64,000 nucleotides of DNA from Gaiellales bacterium (lineage in GTDB: Bacteria; Actinomycetota; Thermoleophilia; Gaiellales; JAICJC01), in assembly GCA_045806525.1 (NCBI GenBank), contig JBJMJD010000014.1, forward strand, positions 9,538 through 73,537, given 5' to 3'. A model generated the notes under the pieces. It made no database searches, was not told the DNA's origin, and worked only from the letters and a program-made list of their open reading frames with translations. Below are positions 56,353 to 64,000 of the stretch, in pieces. The position numbers were made by a program, and so were the translations under genes. Positions within the stretch are counted from its first letter, which is position 1. Each line of letters begins with the position of its first letter.

Positions 56353-57930
56353 TCAGTCGAGGACAAGGCCGAAGCACGAGCGGCGGGGATCGCCCGCCGC
56401 CGAGAGCTCGCCGCGGTCGTCCCGGCGCACCGCGTTGGCGCCGCCGAAGTAGAGGTTCAGCCCGTCGAAGCGCACCAGCTGCTCGCCCCAGCGCTGCAGC
56501 CGCTCCAGCTGGTCGGGCTCGAGCCCGCCCTCGCAGTCGAGCCGGCCGCTCTCGACGTGGACCCGCGGGAAGGCCACCGCCTCGTCGATCGGCATGCCGT
56601 GCGCCACCACGTTCACGATCACCTGCGTGATCGCCGAGCGCAGCCGGTTCGACCCGCTCGAGCCGACCACCAGCCGCACAGCCCCGTCACGCTCGAGCAG
56701 CGTCGGCGCCTGCATGCTGGTGAGCCGATGACCTGGGCGCAGGTGCCGGCCGGCCGCCAGGTCCTCCTCACCCATCATGTTGTTCAGGTGCAGACCGGTG
56801 CCCGGGACGATCACGCCCGAGTGGCTCCCGTTCGACGCCGTGAATGCTGCCGCGTTTCCCTCGCCGTCGATCACCGAGATGTGCGTCGTGCCGCGGTCGC
56901 TTGCCAGCACGGGCGCCGCTGACGGCGCGCCCTGCAGCGCCCGCTCGATCTCTCGTCGCCCCTCCTGCACCTGCTCGCGCGACAGCAGGTGCGCCGCCAG
57001 CCCACCCCTGTGAAGCAGCCGCGCGAAGCGCGCGTCGCGCCGCCGTCCTGCGGCACGCATGGACTCCGCCAGCACCCGCAGCGACTCCGCCCGGCCCGGC
57101 CCGCGCCCCGGCGCGAACGGCTCCAGCGCCGCCAGCATGTAGGCGATCAGGACGCCGCCCGACGACGGCGGCGCGTTCGTCGTCAGCTCGTGCCCCCCGT
57201 ACGCCGAGCGCAGCGGCCTCCGCCACACCGGCCGGTAGGACGCCAGATCGGCCATCGTGAGACGGCCGCCGTGCCGGTGCTGGTGGTCGACCATCGCCCG
57301 CGCCAGGTCGCCGCGGTACAGCACGTCCGGCCCATCCTCGGCCAGGAGCTCGATCGTGCCCGCCAGCTCCTTTTGCACGATCGCGTCTCCCTGCCTGACG
57401 TAGCGTCCGCCCGGGGCGAAGACCGCCGACGCCTCGGGCGTGCTGGTCAGGATCCCCCGGATCGCGTCGAACACCGCTTTCTGCCCGCCGTTGGTGGGCA
57501 CGCCACGCGCCGCGGTCGCCGCCGCCGGCCTCAGCAGCTCGGCCCACGCGAGCCGCCCGTACCTGCGGTGCGCCGCGTGCAGCCCGGCCACCACTCCCGG
57601 CACCGCGCACGCCGCCGACCCCACGTGGAACACCTGCGTCGTTTGCTCGTCGAACGGCACCAGAACCTGCTCCACCTCGACCAGCCGCCGTCCTGGCGGC
57701 AGGTCGCGACCGGGGATGGCCGTGAACGCGTCAAGCAGTGCCGCCCTCCCCCGCGCCGGTCGCACCATCACGAACCCGCCGCCGCAGGGCCCGGTCAGAG
57801 CCGGCTCCGCCGCCCACGACATGGCGCCCGCCGCGACCACCGCGTCCACCGCCGTTCCGCCGGCTTCCAGCGCCGCCGCGCCGGCGCGCGCCGTCAGCTC
57901 ATGGCCTGCGGCGATCGCGCCCCGCGCCAT
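56353..57930 (-). CDS. Gamma-glutamyltransferase family protein
   Basis: GGTAVDA, GGGF, VPGVVAGL, GTTHISVID (nucleophile Thr), LNNMMGE. Confidence 0.92.
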   Translation of the reverse strand: MARGAIAAGHELTARAGAAALEAGGTAVDAVVAAGAMSWAAEPALTGPCGGGFVMVRPARGRAALLDAFTAIPGRDLPPGRRLVEVEQVLVPFDEQTTQVFHVGSAACAVPGVVAGLHAAHRRYGRLAWAELLRPAAATAARGVPTNGGQKAVFDAIRGILTSTPEASAVFAPGGRYVRQGDAIVQKELAGTIELLAEDGPDVLYRGDLARAMVDHQHRHGGRLTMADLASYRPVWRRPLRSAYGGHELTTNAPPSSGGVLIAYMLAALEPFAPGRGPGRAESLRVLAESMRAAGRRRDARFARLLHRGGLAAHLLSREQVQEGRREIERALQGAPSAAPVLASDRGTTHISVIDGEGNAAAFTASNGSHSGVIVPGTGLHLNNMMGEEDLAAGRHLRPGHRLTSMQAPTLLERDGAVRLVVGSSGSNRLRSAITQVIVNVVAHGMPIDEAVAFPRVHVESGRLDCEGGLEPDQLERLQRWGEQLVRFDGLNLYFGGANAVRRDDRGELSAAGDPRRSCFGLVLD

Positions 57931-57939
57931 CGCGCGCTC

Positions 57940-59187
57940 CTACCCCTGCAGGAAGCTTGGCGGCTCGAGCAGATCGCTCGGCGGCGGCGCCTGCGGACGC
58001 TCGGCGCGAGCCTCCACGCCCGGGGATCCTGAGAACGAGAAGCCCGTGGCCACGACCGTCACCCACATCTGCCCGGCCAGCTGCTCGTCCACCGACGCGC
58101 CGAAGATGATGTTCGTGCGATCGTCGGACGCCGCACGCACGATCTCGGCCGCCTCGTTCACCTCGTGCAGCGACAGGTCGCTGCCGCCCGAGATCGAGAG
58201 CAGGATGCCGCGGGCGCCGCGCACCTCGTGGTCGATCAGCGGACTCTTGATCGCACGCGTCGCGGCCTCGGCGGCACGGTTCGGCCCCGTCGACATGCCG
58301 ATCCCCATCATCGCCGTACCCGCATCCGACATCACTGCGCGCACGTCCGCGAAGTCGAGGTTGATCAGCCCCGGCAGGGTGATCAGGTCGCAGATGCCCT
58401 GCACGCCCTGGCGCAGCACGTCGTCGGCGATCCGGAACGCGTCGACCAGCGTCGTACCCTTCTCGAGCACGTCCAGCAGCCGGTCGTTGGGGATCACGAT
58501 CACCGTGTCGGAGGAGTCGCGCAGCGCCTCCACGCCGCCCCGCGACTGCTGCCCGCGCCGGCTGCCCTCAAACCCGAACGGCGACGTCACGATGCCGACG
58601 GTGAGAGCGCCCACCTCGCGGGCGATGCGGGCCACGACCGGCGCCGCTCCGGTGCCTGTGCCGCCGCCCTCTCCGGCGGTCACGAACACCATGTCCGACC
58701 CGCGCAGCACGGTCTTGATGCGGTCATAGCTGCCCTCAGCGGCCAGCTTGCCGACCTCGGGGTCGGCTCCCGATCCGAGTCCCTGCGTCTGCTCGCGGCC
58801 GATATGGATCTTGGTCGGCGCGTCCGACATCTGCAGCTGCTGGATGTCGGTGTTGACGGCGATGAACTCGACGCCCTTCACATCGGACTCGATCATCCGG
58901 TTGACGGCGTTGCAGCCGCCGCCGCCCACGCCAACCACCCGGATCACGGCCAGGTACGGCTGACCGTCCGGGCGCGGGAAGCGCGAGGTGTCGGTCGGCT
59001 CGGGTAGGTCGATCAGCTGCGGACGGACGGCGTCGGCCGCCGCCGACGCTGCCGGAGCGGCCTTCGACTTGGCGCGGCCGCGCGGGGCCGGCTGCTCCTC
59101 GGCGTCCTTCTCGGCGCTCTGACTGGCCTCGGTCGCCTTGAACAGCTGGGCGAGCGGGCCGTCGCGCATGCTGTTGCGCTTAGCCAT
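57940..59187 (-). CDS. ftsZ: Cell division protein FtsZ with about 70-aa N-terminal extension
   Basis: [36 protein letters not shown] (T7 loop), C-terminal LEPPSFL. Confidence 0.97.
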   Translation of the reverse strand: MAKRNSMRDGPLAQLFKATEASQSAEKDAEEQPAPRGRAKSKAAPAASAAADAVRPQLIDLPEPTDTSRFPRPDGQPYLAVIRVVGVGGGGCNAVNRMIESDVKGVEFIAVNTDIQQLQMSDAPTKIHIGREQTQGLGSGADPEVGKLAAEGSYDRIKTVLRGSDMVFVTAGEGGGTGTGAAPVVARIAREVGALTVGIVTSPFGFEGSRRGQQSRGGVEALRDSSDTVIVIPNDRLLDVLEKGTTLVDAFRIADDVLRQGVQGICDLITLPGLINLDFADVRAVMSDAGTAMMGIGMSTGPNRAAEAATRAIKSPLIDHEVRGARGILLSISGGSDLSLHEVNEAAEIVRAASDDRTNIIFGASVDEQLAGQMWVTVVATGFSFSGSPGVEARAERPQAPPPSDLLEPPSFLQG

Positions 59188-59932
59188 CTCGGAGTACCTC
59201 CCCCGCCAGATCCCGGTAGGCCTTGGCGGCCTTCCCCTTGGAATCGTACTTGAGCACCGAGGTGCCCTTCACGGGCGCCTCCGCATAGCGGATCGTCTTT
59301 CGGATCTTGGTCTCGAACACGAGGTCGCCGAAGTTCTCCTGAAGGATCTCGACCGCCTCACGCGAGTGCAGCGTGCGGCCGTCGAACATGGTCGGCAGGA
59401 TCCCCGCGATGCGCACGTCCGGGTTCAGGTTCTCGCGGATCATGGTCAGCGTGTTCTCGAGCTGGATCAGCCCTCGCAGCGACAGGTACTCGCACTGCAC
59501 CGGCACGATCACGCCGTCCGCCGCCGTGAGCGCGTTGATCGTGAGCAGGCCCAGCGACGGCGGCGTGTCGATCAGCACGTAGTCATAGCGGCCACGCACG
59601 GGCAGCAGCGCCTTCTGCAGCGCCCGCTCGCGGCCGATCATCGACGACAGCGCCAGCTCGGCGCCGGCCAGGTCGATGCTGGATGCGGCCAGGTCGATCT
59701 CGCGCTCCAGGATCACATCTTCCAGCGGTGTCTTATGCACCAGCACGTCGAACATGGTGCGGTCGAGCTCGTCGGGGTCGATGCCCTGGCTCATTGTCAG
59801 GTTCGACTGGGGATCGAGGTCCACGCACAGCACCCGCTTGCCGCGCTCAACCAGGGCAACGCCGAGGTTGAGTGTGGTCGTGGTCTTCGCGACCCCGCCT
59901 TTCTGGTTTGCGAGCGCGATCACCTGCCCCAC
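59180..59932 (-). CDS. ParA/Soj family ATPase
   Basis: [42 protein letters not shown]; RBS GGAGG before GTG 59932. Confidence 0.95.
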   Translation of the reverse strand: MGQVIALANQKGGVAKTTTTLNLGVALVERGKRVLCVDLDPQSNLTMSQGIDPDELDRTMFDVLVHKTPLEDVILEREIDLAASSIDLAGAELALSSMIGRERALQKALLPVRGRYDYVLIDTPPSLGLLTINALTAADGVIVPVQCEYLSLRGLIQLENTLTMIRENLNPDVRIAGILPTMFDGRTLHSREAVEILQENFGDLVFETKIRKTIRYAEAPVKGTSVLKYDSKGKAAKAYRDLAGEVLRDG

Positions 59933-60071
59933 AGCGAGTCCTCCAACGATCGTGAGATCCGGCCGGGTACGTCCCTCGAGAGCCGCGGCCGCTGCACCGG
60001 TTCCGAACTGCATCGGAACGCTGTTTCGTGCCTGGGCAGTCTATTCCTGCCCGGTTCCCCGGCTTGTCTGG

Positions 60072-61139
60072 CTACTGCCCGCGGTCGCGGGCGGTTGCGA
60101 TCCGCTCGGCCGGCATCGGATGCGAGGCCGTCAGCGTGTGCCACAGCCAGGGCGGCTCCAGCTCCATCAGGTTCTGATCGACAAGCCGCTCGAAGGTGAC
60201 CGCGTAGCGCTCCCCCTGGCCGGTGACGTCGACGGCGTAGGCGTCGGCCCGCCGCTCCAGCGCGCGGGAGTACGCCGCGCCCAGCGGCGACACCAGCGCC
60301 GAGCCGACGGTGAGGCCGAGCGCCAGCGACGGCAGCGACGTGAGGTGGCCCGGGCCGTCGGGCGACAGCTCGCGGACGCCCAGCCAGGCTCCGGCCATGC
60401 CGGCTGCCAGCGTCAGCGCGGTGATCCCCAGCAGCCGCCACACATCGCCGTGGGCGTGGTGGCCGAGCTCGTGCGCCAGCACCAGGCGGGTATCGGTGAG
60501 TCCCTCCTCAGCGTCTTCGCCCTCGGCGATGGTGTCGCCCACGTACACCCGCAGGGTCGGCCCCAGGCCGGCCACCATCGCGTTTGCGGCGGACGTCTTC
60601 TCGCCCATGTGGAGCAGCCGCATCTCCTTGACCGGCACGCCGCTGCTACGCACCGTCGCCCACAGCTCGTCGGCCATCGGCCCGTCGGACAGCGGCTCGC
60701 TCTTCATGAACAGCGGCAGCAGCAGCACCGGGAACAGCACCGACAGCGCCACGGACACCACCATCGCGCCGCCCCAGGCAGGCACCGGCCACCAGTTCGG
60801 CCACAGCCGGCCCAGACCCAGCAGGCCGAGCGCGATCAGGCCGCCCAGCACCAGGCCGATCGCTCGAGCCTTGGCCTGGTCGGCGAGCCAGCCGCCGGTG
60901 GTCTGCCGGGATAGGCCGTTCCGGCGCGAAAGCACCTCGCCGGCGTACCCGAACGGCAGCGAGATCAGCGGCAGCACGATGGCGAGCGCGACCACGCACC
61001 CCCACCCGCCCAGCCGATCCGCCCAGTGCACGATCCCGATCAGCACCACAAAACTGGCGGCGGAGTCGGCCCACGACAGCCGCCGGCGGGCCCGGTTGTA
61101 GACAGCAGCCTGGCGCTGCCTGAGCTGGTCGCCCTGCAT
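60072..61139 (-). CDS. M48 family (Ste24/HtpX-like) membrane zinc metallopeptidase
   Basis: ANAMVAGLG, VLAHELGH, SRALERRAD, SHP...ERI. Confidence 0.92.
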   Translation of the reverse strand: MQGDQLRQRQAAVYNRARRRLSWADSAASFVVLIGIVHWADRLGGWGCVVALAIVLPLISLPFGYAGEVLSRRNGLSRQTTGGWLADQAKARAIGLVLGGLIALGLLGLGRLWPNWWPVPAWGGAMVVSVALSVLFPVLLLPLFMKSEPLSDGPMADELWATVRSSGVPVKEMRLLHMGEKTSAANAMVAGLGPTLRVYVGDTIAEGEDAEEGLTDTRLVLAHELGHHAHGDVWRLLGITALTLAAGMAGAWLGVRELSPDGPGHLTSLPSLALGLTVGSALVSPLGAAYSRALERRADAYAVDVTGQGERYAVTFERLVDQNLMELEPPWLWHTLTASHPMPAERIATARDRGQ

Positions 61140-61141
61140 GG

Positions 61142-61663
61142 TCAGGGGACCACGGTGAGCGCCGCGGGGGCCAGGGCGAGCTGACCGGGGCCGTGTCCGG
61201 CCTCGTGGTCGATCAGCCAGGCCTTGCGGGGCAGACCGCCGCCGTACCCGGTGAGCTTGCCGTCGGAGCCGATCACCCGGTGACAGGGCACGATGATCGA
61301 GATCGGGTTGCTGCCATTGGCAGCTCCCACCGCGCGCGCCGAACCGGGCCGGCCCACCCGACGTGCCAGCTCGCCGTAGCTGATCGTCTCGCCGTAGGGG
61401 ATGTCGCACAGCGCTGACCACACCCGTTGCTGGAACGGCGTCCCGTGCGGGGCCAGCGGCAGGTCGAACTCGGTCAGGGTGCCCTCGAAGTAGCTGCCGA
61501 GCTGCCGTTCGGTCTCGTCCAGCACCGCGTCGTCGGCGGCGTCGCCAGCGCCCGGCCGGTGCTCCGGGAAGCGCGAGGTGTAGAGCAGCGTCAGCGCGCC
61601 GTCGCCGGCGCCGATCAGCAGCTGGCCGATCGGGGAATCGACGATCCGGTGGGCATCGGGCAC
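61142..61663 (-). CDS. ogt: Methylated-DNA-protein-cysteine methyltransferase
   Basis: [27 protein letters not shown]. Confidence 0.95.
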   Translation of the reverse strand: MPDAHRIVDSPIGQLLIGAGDGALTLLYTSRFPEHRPGAGDAADDAVLDETERQLGSYFEGTLTEFDLPLAPHGTPFQQRVWSALCDIPYGETISYGELARRVGRPGSARAVGAANGSNPISIIVPCHRVIGSDGKLTGYGGGLPRKAWLIDHEAGHGPGQLALAPAALTVVP

Positions 61664-61691
61664 ACGCTCACTGTAGCCATGCGCTCCGCTA

Positions 61692-62837
61692 TCAGGTCAG
61701 CCCGCGCAGCAGCTCGCGCGCGATCACCATCCGCTGGATCTGGTTGGCGCCTTCGTAGATCTGGGTGATCTTGGCGTCGCGCATCATCCGCTCGACCGGA
61801 TACTCCTCGATGTAGCCGTATCCGCCCAGGATCTGCACCGCGTCGGTCGTCACCGCCATCGCCGTGTCCGAGCACATCAGCTTGGCCATCGCCGACGCCC
61901 GCGTCAGGTCCGGGCCGTCGATGCCCTCGTCGAGCATCACCCCGACGTCGTAGAGCAGCCCGCGGCTGGCCTCGACCTTGACCGCCATGTCCGCCAGCAT
62001 GAACTGGATGCCCTGGTGCTCGGACAGCGGCTTGCCGAACGTCTCCCGCTCGGTCGCGTAGCGCAGCGCGTAGTCGAGCGCCGCCTGCGCGATGCCGAGC
62101 GCCTGGGCGCCGATCCCCGGCCGCGAGCGGTCGAGCACCCGCATCGCCGTTCGAAAGCCGCTGCCCTCCTCGCCGATCAGCGCCCCGGCCTCGACCCGGC
62201 AGCCCTCGAATACGAGCTCGCCGGTGGTCGACCCCTTGATGCCCATCTTCGGCTCGATCCGCGACACCGAGAACCCCGGTGCGTCGCGCTCGACCACGAA
62301 GGCCGAGATGGCGTCGCCCGTGCGTGCGAACACGACATAGGTGTCCGCCACGCCGGCGTTCGTGATGAATCGCTTGCTGCCGTCGATCACCCAGCCGTCG
62401 CCGTCGCGCCGTGCCGTCGTCAGCATCGCCCGGGCGTCCGAGCCCGAGCCGGCCTCGGTCAGCGCATAGGCCCCGATCCACTCGCCGCTCGCCCACCGCG
62501 GCAGGTAGCGCTGCTTCTGCTCCGCCGAGCCCGACAGCTCGACCGCGATCGCGCCCAGCGACTGCACGGCGAGCACCAGCCCGACCGTGGCATCGGCCCA
62601 GCTCAGCTCCTCGACCGCTCGCAGGAACGTGAGCGTCCCGGTGCCGGTGCCGCCGTACTCCGGCGCGAAGCCGAGCGCGAACACGTCGTTTTCGCGCAGC
62701 AGCTGCACCGCATCCCACGGGAACTCCGCCCGTTTGTCGACCTCGGCGGCGTGCGGCGCGATGTGGTCGCGGGCCAGCGTCCGCACCGCCTCGATCAGCG
62801 CCAGCTGCTCCTCGCTCTGTGGGTGTCGCACGCTCAT
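61692..62837 (-). CDS. Acyl-CoA dehydrogenase
   Basis: [38 protein letters not shown]; start at ATG 62837. Confidence 0.93.
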   Translation of the reverse strand: MSVRHPQSEEQLALIEAVRTLARDHIAPHAAEVDKRAEFPWDAVQLLRENDVFALGFAPEYGGTGTGTLTFLRAVEELSWADATVGLVLAVQSLGAIAVELSGSAEQKQRYLPRWASGEWIGAYALTEAGSGSDARAMLTTARRDGDGWVIDGSKRFITNAGVADTYVVFARTGDAISAFVVERDAPGFSVSRIEPKMGIKGSTTGELVFEGCRVEAGALIGEEGSGFRTAMRVLDRSRPGIGAQALGIAQAALDYALRYATERETFGKPLSEHQGIQFMLADMAVKVEASRGLLYDVGVMLDEGIDGPDLTRASAMAKLMCSDTAMAVTTDAVQILGGYGYIEEYPVERMMRDAKITQIYEGANQIQRMVIARELLRGLT

Positions 62838-64000
62838 GACTCGATCAGCTCCTCGGCCGCCGTGGTGATCGTCTCGAACCCGTCGGCCGTGACTGCGTAC
62901 ATGTTCTCGATTCCGACCGCGCCCCGCCCCGGGAACACGAACTTGGGTTCGACCGCGATCACGTTCCCCTCGACCATGGGTTCGTCGAACCCGGGCGCCA
63001 GCACCGGCAGCTCGTCGATCTCCATGCCCACGCCGTGGCCGAGAAAGCGGATCCTGCCGGCGCCGTGCCCCATGAAGTGCTCGTCGAGGCCGGCCCGCTC
63101 GGCCAGCTGCTCGGCCAGCTCGAACAGCGCGCTGGGTGCGGTTCCCGGCCGGATCTCGGGCTCGACCGCGCGCAGGATCTCGACCGCCTGGTCGTACGCG
63201 GCACGAAGGTCGGCAGGGAGCGGGCCGAGCGCGAACGTGCGCGTCTGGTCTGCCAGGTAGCCCTGATGGCCGCCCACCAGGTCGACGATCACCGGATCGC
63301 CGACAGCCAGCACGTGGTCGTCGGGCCCCTTGCCCAGCACCGGATTCGGCCCCGGCCCGCACAGCGGCGAGTCGGAGTAGCCGGGCACCGCGCCGCTGGG
63401 CCCGCACAGCACCTGCCCGTAGTGCATCTCCTGGTTGAAGCCGCGAAACCGCAGCTGTCCCTGGTGACCGGCGCCGCGCAGCACACGCTCGACATCGGCC
63501 TGCACCATGGCCTCGGAGACGCCCACCCGCAGGAGCGACGGTACCCGCTCTGCGGCCGTCCGCACCTGCTCGGCCGCCGCCCGCATCTGCTCGAGCTCCC
63601 AGCCCGTCTTGACCGCGCGCACCCCGCGCAGCGCCTGCGAGCAGTCGCCCAGCCGGTATCCGGGCAGCCGCTGCTGGTAGCCGAGGTAGCGCGCGGCGGG
63701 CAGCACATCCAGCTCGAGCCCGACCGTGGCACCGGCGTCCACGCCGCAGCCGGCCAGCGCATCCGCCAGCCCCGACAGCGAGCCCAGCCGCTCGATCAGC
63801 TCCAGCGGCGACTCCTCCCGGGCCCGCTCCAGCGTGCGCCGCACCAGCAGCCGCGGCCGGCCCGATGCCGGCACGATCAGGTGCGCCTGCTGGTTGGTGC
63901 CGGTCAGGTAGGCGAGGTCGGTGCTCTCGACGATCACGGCGGCATCCAGGCCGCCCGCCGCGAGGGCTGCCTGGAACCGCGCGAGCCGCCCCTCGATCTC
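62834..64000 (-). CDS. Xaa-Pro aminopeptidase family (M24B), 5-prime end beyond the window
   Basis: Metal ligands D (VIVDL), D (YLADQTRT), H (GHGVG), E (AVEPK), E (GIEN); frame open to 64000. Confidence 0.9.
   Translation of the reverse strand, partial: EIEGRLARFQAALAAGGLDAAVIVESTDLAYLTGTNQQAHLIVPASGRPRLLVRRTLERAREESPLELIERLGSLSGLADALAGCGVDAGATVGLELDVLPAARYLGYQQRLPGYRLGDCSQALRGVRAVKTGWELEQMRAAAEQVRTAAERVPSLLRVGVSEAMVQADVERVLRGAGHQGQLRFRGFNQEMHYGQVLCGPSGAVPGYSDSPLCGPGPNPVLGKGPDDHVLAVGDPVIVDLVGGHQGYLADQTRTFALGPLPADLRAAYDQAVEILRAVEPEIRPGTAPSALFELAEQLAERAGLDEHFMGHGAGRIRFLGHGVGMEIDELPVLAPGFDEPMVEGNVIAVEPKFVFPGRGAVGIENMYAVTADGFETITTAAEELIES

Overview
Very GC-rich, gene-dense core-genome segment, most likely from a deep-branching actinobacterium (Thermoleophilia/Gaiellales-like; inferred from the actinobacterial FtsZ TAGEGGG signature and gene order). 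It contains: (i) the rpmE-prfA-prmC-tsaC-glyA-upp-wecA-atpZIBEFHAG supercluster, in which an OppA-like lipoprotein gene follows atpG where atpD would be expected; (ii) an acyl-CoA/branched-chain catabolism region (ETF-QO, EtfAB, crotonase, a split B12 mutase with isobutyryl-CoA mutase signature residues, PduO, Hbd, thiolase, an MCC/hydratase/HMG-CoA lyase leucine module, two acyl-CoA dehydrogenases, MeaB); (iii) a complete trpEGDCFBA operon with an unannotated WWW leader peptide and attenuator; (iv) signalling genes (GAF-PAS-GGDEF-EAL, two-component pair, cyclase-STAND ATPase); (v) a parA-ftsZ pair outside any dcw cluster, with FtsZ carrying a ~70-aa N-terminal extension resembling the ParA-activating peptide of ParB. 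The parA-ftsZ pair is the best candidate for an undescribed system. Two small repeat families (REP-like hairpins; a MITE-like element with one end forming the glyA stop/upp start) and many putative leaderless or bidirectional promoters are also visible. No rRNA, tRNA, CRISPR array or transposase was seen.
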